Source of the DNA: a virus
Lineage: Duplodnaviria; Caudoviricetes
Virus record (IMG/VR): IMGVR_UViG_3300025389_000051
Span: 1-36,523 of that record
Length of the DNA stretch: 36,523 nucleotides
Direction: 5' to 3' (one strand)
The notes beneath the pieces are model-generated. The model was not told the origin of the DNA, made no database searches, and saw nothing but the letters and a program-made list of their open reading frames with translations. Made by a program: the position numbers and the translations under genes. Positions 28,049 to 35,692 of the stretch are shown piece after piece (position 1 is the first letter of the stretch; the number at the start of each line of letters is the position of its first letter).

Positions 28049-28153
28049 ATGATTGTTGCTCTAGTTTTAATTGCAATCCCTATATTCAGTATAGGATTCC
28101 TACAACTTATATTCATGATCGAGGAAAGGCTGACTGATGAAAGTTATTTGTAA
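28049..28153 (+). CDS. 34-aa membrane peptide, array ORF 5 (not in ORF track)
   Basis: MIVALVLIAIPIFSIGFLQLIFMIEERLTDESYL follows the fourth junction. Confidence 0.65.
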   Translation: MIVALVLIAIPIFSIGFLQLIFMIEERLTDESYL

Positions 28154-28388
28154 AGAGAACCATTGGAAGATCAACGGCGCTAAGTTGGTGCTGGATACTC
28201 CAGAAGGCCAAGAAGCAGTTGAGCAGATGGTCAAGGCTATTCAGGCTCGCGTTCGCTTGGCGATCTATGAAGAGATTTGCGCCCTTGATCTCACAACGCG
28301 CCGTAAGCAGATTGTGAAGAATGGGCTGGAGAACTCACTCTTACAGGTGCAGGACTTGTGCGCCCAGATTGCGCTCGGTCAAAAATGA
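28137..28388 (+). CDS. Hypothetical protein
   Basis: GAAAGG SD; coupled to the next gene. Confidence 0.7.
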   Translation: MKVICKENHWKINGAKLVLDTPEGQEAVEQMVKAIQARVRLAIYEEICALDLTTRRKQIVKNGLENSLLQVQDLCAQIALGQK

Positions 28389-28666
28389 GAGCCACATCTA
28401 TTGAAGCCCAGAGAAAATCAGCACCACACATGAGTTCTCACAAAGCCCGCGTGTATCAGTTTCTTATTGATCGCATGGAGCAGGGAGCAACAGATCAAGA
28501 GATGCAGTTTGCTCTCAAGATGAGCGGGGATACCCTTCGCCCAACTCGCGGCAAGTTGCTCAAGGAAAACTTTATCTACGATTCCGGCAAGACCCGCAAG
28601 AATGAAAACGGAAACGATTGCATCGTGTGGGTCGTTTCAACCATTGAGCAGATTGGACTTTTCTAA
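28385..28666 (+). CDS. Winged-helix-like DNA-binding protein
   Basis: GATDQEM..TLRPTRGKL..DSGKTR..IVW pattern; ATGA overlap gives the 28385 start. Confidence 0.7.
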   Translation: MRATSIEAQRKSAPHMSSHKARVYQFLIDRMEQGATDQEMQFALKMSGDTLRPTRGKLLKENFIYDSGKTRKNENGNDCIVWVVSTIEQIGLF

Positions 28667-28833
28667 TGCCTAACTACGAATACAGATGCCCCGCCGATTA
28701 TGCAATGGTGGAGATGTACCAATCGTTTGAAGATTCATCTATTCCTAACTGCCCTGTATGCGGTCAGCAGATGAGCAAGCAGTTCCAAGCCACACCTGCT
28801 CATTTCAGAGGCACAGGTTGGGGAGGTCACTAA
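28666..28833 (+). CDS. FmdB-like zinc-ribbon protein (not in ORF track)
   Basis: MPNYEYRC...CPVCG..M...FRGTGW. Confidence 0.8.
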   Translation: MPNYEYRCPADYAMVEMYQSFEDSSIPNCPVCGQQMSKQFQATPAHFRGTGWGGH

Positions 28834-28937
28834 TGCGCGATCCAATGTGGATGAGTGGCGATAACTTCGCGCTTGGTATTGAAGAAGAAGAGGATGAGGG
28901 TATTGATATTCCTGATCCAGAAGAGGATGACGAATGA
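28833..28937 (+). CDS. 34-aa very acidic peptide (not in ORF track)
   Basis: GGAGG SD; MRDPMWMSGDNFALGIEEEEDEGIDIPDPEEDDE. Confidence 0.65.
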   Translation: MRDPMWMSGDNFALGIEEEEDEGIDIPDPEEDDE

Positions 28938-29035
28938 TAGGAATTTGGGTTGTTTATTATTTAGTGGCGATTGATCTTATTGGTCTTGCGCTTGGTATCT
29001 ATGGATTTGGAATGGCAAAGGGGTGGTGGAAGTGA
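28934..29035 (+). CDS. 33-aa membrane peptide (not in ORF track)
   Basis: ATGA and GTGA overlaps; MIGIWVVYYLVAIDLIGLALGIYGFGMAKGWWK. Confidence 0.65.
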   Translation: MIGIWVVYYLVAIDLIGLALGIYGFGMAKGWWK

Positions 29036-29565
29036 TTATTGGGCTTAGCGGTTACGCACAAAGCGGTAAAGATACGGTTGCCAACATTCTTGTTCAGCAT
29101 CACGGCTACAAGCGCGTAGCATTTGCTGACAAGATCAGAGAGTGCCTGTTTGCGCTTGATCCGATTATCTCGGTACGCGCAGAGTTCCCGCTTCATCTTT
29201 CAGAGTATTTTGATGACTTTGGTTGGGAAGCCGCCAAGAAAGTTCCAGAAGTTCGCCGATTGCTTCAAGTGCTTGGTACTGAAGTAGGCCGCAACATTAT
29301 TGATCCTCAGTTGTGGATTGAGATGGCGCTAGGCGATGTTGAGGCTGGCGATAAGATCGTGGTTACAGATGTTCGATTCCCAGATGAGGCTCAAGAGATT
29401 AAGTGGCTCTTTGGTGAGATTTGGAGAGTCGAGCGCCTTAACACCAAGCCCGCCAATCAACACACTTCTGAAACCGCTATGGATGATTGGGTATTTGATC
29501 GCACCGTTGATAACTCAGGTGATATCCAGATGCTTGAAGATTTAATAGATGATTTGATCTTATGA
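29032..29565 (+). CDS. Deoxynucleoside monophosphate kinase
   Basis: GYAQSGKDT P-loop, FAD, RRLLQVLGTE, DVRFPDE and HTSE motifs. Confidence 0.9.
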   Translation: MIIGLSGYAQSGKDTVANILVQHHGYKRVAFADKIRECLFALDPIISVRAEFPLHLSEYFDDFGWEAAKKVPEVRRLLQVLGTEVGRNIIDPQLWIEMALGDVEAGDKIVVTDVRFPDEAQEIKWLFGEIWRVERLNTKPANQHTSETAMDDWVFDRTVDNSGDIQMLEDLIDDLIL

Positions 29566-29711
29566 ACTCTGAATGGAATATAGGCAGATGCAACTCATGC
29601 GGGGAATGGATCGTATTTGACCGCCCTTGCTCGGCTTGCTCTACAATAACCGCACAACCAACGAAAGGGGATGCAGAAATGCACACTTCAATCAATGGAG
29701 GCACACGATGA
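29562..29711 (+). CDS. 49-aa zinc-ribbon peptide (not in ORF track)
   Basis: ATGA overlap; CNSCG...CSAC. Confidence 0.5.
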   Translation: MNSEWNIGRCNSCGEWIVFDRPCSACSTITAQPTKGDAEMHTSINGGTR

Positions 29712-30162
29712 GCGCACTAGGTCAGGCGGCGATTGGTTCGCGCTGAGAGTAAAAGCACGACTCCTTCTAGTAGCGGCAATAGCCGTAGGACTCGCGCTTG
29801 CTAATCCGTCATACGCACTAGCACCAAAACAGATGTTCGTACAACGAACACCAATGGCGGCAAAGCATTATGCCAAACTACAACTAAATAATTACGGGTG
29901 GGCTTCGCAATGGAAATGCTTGCAGACTCTTTGGCAAAACGAGTCTAACTGGCGGCCTGATGCCAAGAATCACACACCCGTTAAAATGTTTATCAATGGC
30001 AAGTGGGTTAAGTTCTACGCTGGCGGTATTCCGCAGAAATTAGGACTCGATCCAAAAGTAACCGTTGAAAAGCAAATCCAAGTTGGGTTGAACTATGTCC
30101 GGGATAGGTACGGTTCACCCTGCAAGGCTCTCCAGTTCTGGCATAGCCACTACTGGTACTGA
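29671..30162 (+). CDS. Secreted lytic transglycosylase (SLT-like); start uncertain
   Basis: Signal-like segment; CL..LW..ESNW, GIPQ and YVRDRYGSPCKA motifs. Confidence 0.85.
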   Translation: MQKCTLQSMEAHDERTRSGGDWFALRVKARLLLVAAIAVGLALANPSYALAPKQMFVQRTPMAAKHYAKLQLNNYGWASQWKCLQTLWQNESNWRPDAKNHTPVKMFINGKWVKFYAGGIPQKLGLDPKVTVEKQIQVGLNYVRDRYGSPCKALQFWHSHYWY

Positions 30163-30237
30163 TGTTCCTAGTGCCGTTCCACTAGGACACAAGGGCGGTT
30201 GAGCAAAGAAACCTCCAGTTCTCTTGCTCCCGCCCTT
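30163..30237 (+). ncRNA. Candidate two-hairpin antisense/anti-SD small RNA
   Basis: TCCTAGTG/CACTAGGA with loop CCGTTC; long bulged stem 30191-30237 with loop ACCTCCAG; both complementary to early leader motifs. Confidence 0.55.
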
Positions 30238-30266
30238 ATCTAATTACAATGGTGTAAGGTATCCCC

Positions 30267-30803
30267 ATGACCACAATAGTTGCCATTCAATACGCAGATC
30301 GCGTGGTCATAGGTGCAGATAGTCAAGTTACGGCAACTCGCAAATTTTCACATCCTCGCATGGTTAAAGTCAGCGAGCGCGGTCAGTATCTAATTGCCGG
30401 GGCTGGATTAAGCGCGGCTTGCGACATAGCCCAACACATTTGGATTCCACCTAAGCCAACAGTTGAGGATCGCAAAGACCTGTATCACTTTATGATCGCC
30501 AAGGTAGTTCCATCTCTCAAGCAATGTTTCAAAGATAATGATTTTAGATTAGAAGGTGACAAAGATGAAGAAACACGATTCTCTTTCCTCATCGCCATTG
30601 GTGGTGAAGTGTTTGATTTGGCTGACGATTTTGCCATTAGCCTTGACGATAGCGGTCATTACGCTATTGGATCGGGTTCTAGCCTCGCTCTTGGCGCGCT
30701 GGCACATGAAGCAACTCTTGAAGAAGCATTGGAAATAGCAGCAAGCAAAGATCCATACACCTCAGCGCCGTTTTATTTCTATGAGCAGGTGAAGCGTGGA
30801 TAA
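30267..30803 (+). CDS. Ntn-hydrolase, proteasome beta/HslV-like peptidase
   Basis: MTTIVA N-terminal Thr, GADSQ, and AIGSGS motifs. Confidence 0.85.
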   Translation: MTTIVAIQYADRVVIGADSQVTATRKFSHPRMVKVSERGQYLIAGAGLSAACDIAQHIWIPPKPTVEDRKDLYHFMIAKVVPSLKQCFKDNDFRLEGDKDEETRFSFLIAIGGEVFDLADDFAISLDDSGHYAIGSGSSLALGALAHEATLEEALEIAASKDPYTSAPFYFYEQVKRG

Positions 30804-31119
30804 AAAGATTGCTGAAACTGTATTGGCTCGCGCTAAAGGCTATTGTGAAGCGTGTGGCTTGCCCGGCGATGACTTTGCTTTGCATCATAGAAAACTCAAA
30901 TCGCGTGGTGGCAAGGATGAGGTTGCCAATCTGATCGCGGTTCATCATAAGTGCCATAATCTCGGCACAAATAGTATTCATCTAAAGCCAACATTGGCTA
31001 CGGTGAAAGGCTGGATGGTTCCTTCTTGGGCCGAACCCGCCGAATACCCCTTACACCTGCATGGCGTAGAGGTAGTAGTGTTAGATAACGAAGGCAATTA
31101 CAACAAATTGGAGGCATGA
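30796..31119 (+). CDS. HNH endonuclease
   Basis: CEACG, LHHR..RGG and NL..H..CH motifs. Confidence 0.88.
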   Translation: MDKKIAETVLARAKGYCEACGLPGDDFALHHRKLKSRGGKDEVANLIAVHHKCHNLGTNSIHLKPTLATVKGWMVPSWAEPAEYPLHLHGVEVVVLDNEGNYNKLEA

Positions 31120-31120
31120 C

Positions 31121-31513
31121 ATGGCAACAATCACGGTTAGCGGAAATGTAGGAACTGATCCTGAGATCAAGTTCTATGACGGAAAGAACGGCTCATTTGG
31201 TGTTGCCCGCTTCTCTCTTGCCTATACACCGCGCGAGAAAGATAAGGCAGGTAATTGGACAGATGGAATCACTACTTGGTTCTCTGTATCGGTTGTTGGC
31301 AAGCAAGCAGAACTCGTTGCCGATTCAATCGCAAAAGGTCAGCGTGTTCAGGTTACTGGGGCATTTAAGCAGTCCAACTACAAAGCCAAAGACGGAACCG
31401 ACAAGCAAGGATTAGAAATCAAGGCAGATAGCATCACTCTTGAACTTGTTGGTGCTAAGAAAGCAAAGCCTGTTGTTAATGATGAGCCTGAGTGGACTAA
31501 CACATGGAACTAA
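31121..31513 (+). CDS. ssb: Single-stranded DNA-binding protein
   Basis: GNVGTDPE, FSLAYTPR, W.DG.T.W and KGQRVQVTG motifs. Confidence 0.92.
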   Translation: MATITVSGNVGTDPEIKFYDGKNGSFGVARFSLAYTPREKDKAGNWTDGITTWFSVSVVGKQAELVADSIAKGQRVQVTGAFKQSNYKAKDGTDKQGLEIKADSITLELVGAKKAKPVVNDEPEWTNTWN

Positions 31514-31668
31514 TTGACTCTAAAACAGTATGCGAGATTCTTGGCATTACCAAGAACAACCTCCATCAACTTCAACACCGCAAGCAGTTGGTGTGGGTTG
31601 AGAAAAAAGGCAAGCAGGTTTATTACAACCCTGCCGATGTAGAAGCATTGAAGGCTAAACGCTCTTAA
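31504..31668 (+). CDS. 54-aa HTH (excisionase/MerR-like) protein (not in ORF track)
   Basis: MELIDSKTVCEILGITKNNLHQL...YYNPADVE. Confidence 0.75.
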   Translation: MELIDSKTVCEILGITKNNLHQLQHRKQLVWVEKKGKQVYYNPADVEALKAKRS

Positions 31669-32280
31669 ATGAAATGCTTTAATTGCCGCCGTCAATCTGA
31701 ACGCGAGATATGTGAATCGTGCTGGAATTTTGCCGTAGAACAACTGCGTAAGTTTCCAGCGCGCTATCACGAACTCGAAGAAGAGTTATCTCCCAGTAGT
31801 GGCGCGCAAGGCGAGCGAGTATCAGGATCTAAGACACCCCCACTTCCAGTTAGAATAGAAACGCTGCATTTGCGTACAGGTGGTATATCCTCCGTTCTTA
31901 TGATGCACGAAGCCGAAATTCGCAAACTACGCCAAGAAACCCGCATTACTTGGCGCGGTGAGGAAATCAATCGCATCACTATTACTTGCGAGTATCACAT
32001 CAAGCGCCAGAAATGGATTTACGATGAATACGGCGATATTGCCGATCTTACGACCCACATCATTACAGTCAGCAACAAGATCAACTATGTTCTAGGGCAT
32101 AAGTCTGAAGATATTGTTATTGGCTCTTGCCCTACGATTGATGAAGCCGGGAAGCCTTGTAGCGCTAAACTCAAAGTCAATCCTCAAATGAAAACCCTAG
32201 AGGTAACTTGTAGAGTCTGCGGAACTGTATGGGATTCAACTCGCTGGAGGCTGCTCGGAAAAGTATTGGAAACTAAATGA
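31669..32280 (+). CDS. Hypothetical protein with N- and C-terminal zinc fingers
   Basis: CFNC..CESC; GSCP..C..L..CRVCG..W. Confidence 0.75.
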   Translation: MKCFNCRRQSEREICESCWNFAVEQLRKFPARYHELEEELSPSSGAQGERVSGSKTPPLPVRIETLHLRTGGISSVLMMHEAEIRKLRQETRITWRGEEINRITITCEYHIKRQKWIYDEYGDIADLTTHIITVSNKINYVLGHKSEDIVIGSCPTIDEAGKPCSAKLKVNPQMKTLEVTCRVCGTVWDSTRWRLLGKVLETK

Positions 32281-33194
32281 AAATTTTAAGTTTGGGTGCT
32301 GGCGTTCAGTCATCCGCTTTGTTAATTATGAGTGCAAAGGGTGTTTTGCCAAAACTGGATGCGGCAATCTTTAGTGATACGGGTTGGGAACCTCAAGAGG
32401 TTTATGACCATTTAGATAGGATTGAAAAAGAATTTGCTCAGCCAGCAGGAATTCCAATTTATCGCGTATCAGTAGGCAACATTAGATCGGATGCCTTAGA
32501 CCCAAACCATAATTTTGCTTCAATGCCATTATTTGTAAGAAAAAATGATGGAACTTTTGGCATGGCTAGAAGGCAATGCACAAACGAATATAAGATTGTT
32601 CCAATTATGCGTAAGATTAGAGAATTGCTTGGTGCGGAAATTCAAGAAAATGGATCTGTTGGCAGAGTAAAAGGCAAAAAAGTTGCCGAACAATGGATAG
32701 GCATAAGTTTGGATGAAATTCAACGCGCCAAAGATTCGCGCGTTCAGTATATTAAAAATGAATTTCCTTTATTAGATTTGAAATGGACAAGAAAAAACGC
32801 TTTGGCATTTCTTGAAGAAAACGGCATTATGAACACTCCAAAAAGTGCTTGCATTGGTTGCCCTTTTAGAACTAATGAACAATGGCGTGATTTAAGAGAT
32901 AACAACCCTGCTGAATTTGCCGATGCAGTTGAATTTGATAAAAAAATGCGGGAGTTTCACGCCAACCAGCCTCGCACAAAAAACAACCTATTTTATCTTC
33001 ATAAGTCTTATATGCCCTTAGATGAAGCACCCTTAGAAATTAAATCACGCAAAGAAAATGAAGCCATGATGGAAGAAAATCAACTTCATCTATTTGAACA
33101 AGATTTTACCTGTTCTCCATTTGCTTGTAATGGTGATGAGGAAAGTTTTGGCGTTCCTGTTTTTGAGCCTGACGAAATAGCAGGTTCCCTTTAA
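32277..33194 (+). CDS. PAPS-reductase-like PP-loop (adenine nucleotide alpha-hydrolase) protein
   Basis: SLGAGVQS, FSDTGWE, RQCT..YK, IGISLDE and KSACIGCPF motifs. Confidence 0.8.
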   Translation: MKILSLGAGVQSSALLIMSAKGVLPKLDAAIFSDTGWEPQEVYDHLDRIEKEFAQPAGIPIYRVSVGNIRSDALDPNHNFASMPLFVRKNDGTFGMARRQCTNEYKIVPIMRKIRELLGAEIQENGSVGRVKGKKVAEQWIGISLDEIQRAKDSRVQYIKNEFPLLDLKWTRKNALAFLEENGIMNTPKSACIGCPFRTNEQWRDLRDNNPAEFADAVEFDKKMREFHANQPRTKNNLFYLHKSYMPLDEAPLEIKSRKENEAMMEENQLHLFEQDFTCSPFACNGDEESFGVPVFEPDEIAGSL

Positions 33195-33358
33195 TGCCTA
33201 GGATTAACGCCGTACAAGCATCATTGCTTTACAAGGTGACAACCCGAACCGTATATCGCTGGATTGAGCAAGAGCAGATCAAGTCTTATGATGGCTGGTA
33301 TGAACTGGATGACTTACAAGATGCTTACGAGAAGTTGCCGCATCGCCAACGGATTTGA
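33194..33358 (+). CDS. 54-aa HTH protein (not in ORF track)
   Basis: TAATG coupling; QASLLYKVTTRTVYRWI. Confidence 0.75.
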   Translation: MPRINAVQASLLYKVTTRTVYRWIEQEQIKSYDGWYELDDLQDAYEKLPHRQRI

Positions 33359-33370
33359 TTTTTAATCTTA

Positions 33371-33392
33371 TGTCACTTATAGTTCCTATAAT
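33371..33392 (+). promoter_or_regulatory. Putative promoter upstream of the terminase region
   Basis: Intergenic TATAAT at 33387-33392, preceded by TGTC 12 nt upstream. Confidence 0.5.
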
Positions 33393-33419
33393 TGGTTGGC
33401 GTGTATCTGGAATAGGATC

Positions 33420-33593
33420 ATGGTAACTGAAGAAGCCACTCTTGAAGAGATAGATGAAGCGCTTTTTCATTTGCGCGAACGCTTACAAGATCGCTATGGA
33501 AATCGCCTGACTTACCAACAAAGACAATTTTACCTTGCAAGCGTTGATGATCTCCTAGATGCGAGATTAGCCCTTACCGATAAGACCCTGTAA
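33420..33593 (+). CDS. 57-aa hypothetical protein
   Basis: ATG 33420; helical ...VDDLLDARL. Confidence 0.65.
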   Translation: MVTEEATLEEIDEALFHLRERLQDRYGNRLTYQQRQFYLASVDDLLDARLALTDKTL

Positions 33594-33602
33594 GATTTCA
33601 TT

Positions 33603-34097
33603 ATGGCTTACACCGAACAATTCCGCGCCGAGGCTTTAGTAACCCTTGAGGCTAACGGCGGGAACATCTTACAAACCTCTGAGCAATTAGGTATAGCCCA
33701 AGCCACCCTCAGCAAGTGGGTCGCAGAAAATCGTGACATAAAAGAATCTTCAAGTGATCTCGCCATAGCAGCAGCAGAACTTGTACCTGAAACCCGTGAA
33801 TCATTTATCACAGAACTAAAGACATTGCGCAACAAAGTCTTGCGCCACCTAGACGGAATCGTCGAGGACTTAAAGGCGCGAGAAGCCGCAATCACCTTGG
33901 GCATTTTGATTGACAAGACAGAACTCCTAGAAGGCAACGCTACGAGTCGAACTGCCGTAGTTGGAAACGGGGAAACTGTTGATGAAGCAATTAAGCGACT
34001 CAGCGCAGAACTTGAATCCCGACCTGACCGCACTTCGCTACCTGAAGTGGCATCATCCTCAGAAGGGTCTAGCGAGGCCGAACCAACTACCACCTGA
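33603..34097 (+). CDS. terS: Terminase small subunit
   Basis: N-terminal HTH (LGIAQATLSKW); GILIDK..LL.G.AT; directly upstream of TerL. Confidence 0.75.
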   Translation: MAYTEQFRAEALVTLEANGGNILQTSEQLGIAQATLSKWVAENRDIKESSSDLAIAAAELVPETRESFITELKTLRNKVLRHLDGIVEDLKAREAAITLGILIDKTELLEGNATSRTAVVGNGETVDEAIKRLSAELESRPDRTSLPEVASSSEGSSEAEPTTT

Positions 34098-35364
34098 AGG
34101 TAACTGGTCTAATTGGCTGGTAATGGCTGGCAGAGGCTTTGGCAAGACTCGCCTCGGTGCTGAATGGCTCGCCGCTAAAGCCGTCAGAAATGATGGTGTT
34201 CGTTGCGCCATTGTTGCTCGTACCTTCTCAGACACTCGAAATGTCTGCGTAGAGGGCGTATCAGGCATCCTAAGCATCCTGCGTGAGTACGATGCGGTTA
34301 AAGACTGGAACAAGTCCAACGGCATCCTTACGCTCAAGAACGGCAGTATCATTCAGACCTTCTCGGCTGATACACCTGATTCCCTTCGTGGCCCACAGTT
34401 CCACTTTGCTTGGACTGACGAACTCGCCGCTTGGCAATATGACGATACTTGGAACCAACTTCAATTCGGCTTGCGTTTAGGCGATCACACCCAGACGGTC
34501 ATCACGACAACGCCTCGCCCAACTAAACTTATTAAAGACCTCGTTAAGCGCGAATCCACCGTAATTACTCGCGGCTCAACTTTTGACAATGCTGAGAACC
34601 TTTCCCAATCTGCGCTTATTGAGATGCAGGAACGCTATGCAGGAACTCGTTTAGGGCAACAAGAACTCTACGGCGCAATCCTCGATGACAATCCCGGCGC
34701 TCTTTGGTCGCGTGGCTTGCTTGAAACTGCTCGCGTTAAAGAACCGCCGCACCTCACTCGTATTGTTGTTGGTATTGACCCCGCAGTTACCTCTGGAGAT
34801 GAATCAGACTCAACAGGTATTGTGGTCGCTGGCATGAGTCCAGACGGTCACTATTACATTCTTGCTGATTACACCCTCAAGGCTACTCCCCAAGTATGGG
34901 CTGAGAAAGCCGTATATGCCTTTGAACTACACAAAGCAGACCGCATCATCGCTGAAACGAATAACGGCGGCGATTTGGTAGTTCATCTTTTGCAACAAGT
35001 AAAAAATACAGTACCCGTAAAGAAAGTCACCGCATCACGCGGTAAAGCAGTAAGAGCAGAACCTATCGCCGCACTCTCTGAGCAAGGCAAACTTCACATG
35101 GTTGGGTACTTCCCCGAACTAGAAGATGAACTCTGCGAATACGAGCCGGGAACAAGCACGAAATCCCCAGACCGCATGGATGCAATGGTATGGGCGGTAA
35201 CAGAACTGAGTGAAGGCTCAAATGCGTTGAATTACCTTTCTGCGCTTGCGGTGTTCTGCCCTAATTGCAGGATGCCAGCACCTAAGTCCACCCGAATCTG
35301 CCCGAAATGCAACACACTCATTGGAGAACCTGATGCCATCACAAGCGATAAGCCAAACGCCTGA
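33982..35364 (+). CDS. terL: Terminase large subunit with C-terminal zinc ribbon
   Basis: Walker A GRGFGKT, Walker B WTDE, TTTP, and nuclease GIDPA and SPDRMDA motifs; start approximate. Confidence 0.95.
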   Translation: MKQLSDSAQNLNPDLTALRYLKWHHPQKGLARPNQLPPEGNWSNWLVMAGRGFGKTRLGAEWLAAKAVRNDGVRCAIVARTFSDTRNVCVEGVSGILSILREYDAVKDWNKSNGILTLKNGSIIQTFSADTPDSLRGPQFHFAWTDELAAWQYDDTWNQLQFGLRLGDHTQTVITTTPRPTKLIKDLVKRESTVITRGSTFDNAENLSQSALIEMQERYAGTRLGQQELYGAILDDNPGALWSRGLLETARVKEPPHLTRIVVGIDPAVTSGDESDSTGIVVAGMSPDGHYYILADYTLKATPQVWAEKAVYAFELHKADRIIAETNNGGDLVVHLLQQVKNTVPVKKVTASRGKAVRAEPIAALSEQGKLHMVGYFPELEDELCEYEPGTSTKSPDRMDAMVWAVTELSEGSNALNYLSALAVFCPNCRMPAPKSTRICPKCNTLIGEPDAITSDKPNA

Positions 35365-35692
35365 TCCGCTTAACATTACAGTTCGCCAAAATCAGGAATG
35401 GGCTATTACTTTCTCCTATACAGATTCAACTGGAACGCTGATCTCATTGGCTGGATATACGCCAATCCTTCAGTTCCGTACATCTGCGCTCGCTAAGACA
35501 ACTGCGCTTTCTCTAACAGTTGGCAATGGCATTACTTTCAATCCTAACTCGCTTCCACAGGTGCAGGTAGATACCACAATCAACTGCGCTCCCGGCAAGT
35601 ACGAATGGGATCTTAAACTTACGCCTTCTAGCGGCGCTTCTATCTTCTTAGGTGTCGGAACTGTTCAAGTTAATGCTGAGGTATCTCGATGA
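35333..35692 (+). CDS. Beta-sandwich virion protein (BppU-N-like fibre adaptor)
   Basis: GGAG SD; LNITVRQ, LAGYT, YEWDL and GTVQV..EVSR pattern. Confidence 0.6.
   Translation: MPSQAISQTPDPLNITVRQNQEWAITFSYTDSTGTLISLAGYTPILQFRTSALAKTTALSLTVGNGITFNPNSLPQVQVDTTINCAPGKYEWDLKLTPSSGASIFLGVGTVQVNAEVSR

Noticed and set aside
27397-28051. CRISPR or integron attC interpretation of the junction repeats
   Set aside because: Repeats are only 12-21 nt, non-palindromic and spaced by whole ORFs; no cas1 or integron integrase is present
30163-30237. tRNA or simple intrinsic terminator
   Set aside because: No cloverleaf, T-loop or CCA end, and no U-tract; a structure-only terminator cannot be fully excluded
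31504-31668. Evidence of lysogeny from an excisionase-like HTH
   Set aside because: No integrase or att site is visible, and such HTH proteins are common in lytic phages
33608-34093. Long antisense ORFs (also 7056-7472, 7632-8000, 4225-4521)
   Set aside because: They fully overlap well-supported + strand genes, show no motifs, and are explained by codon bias
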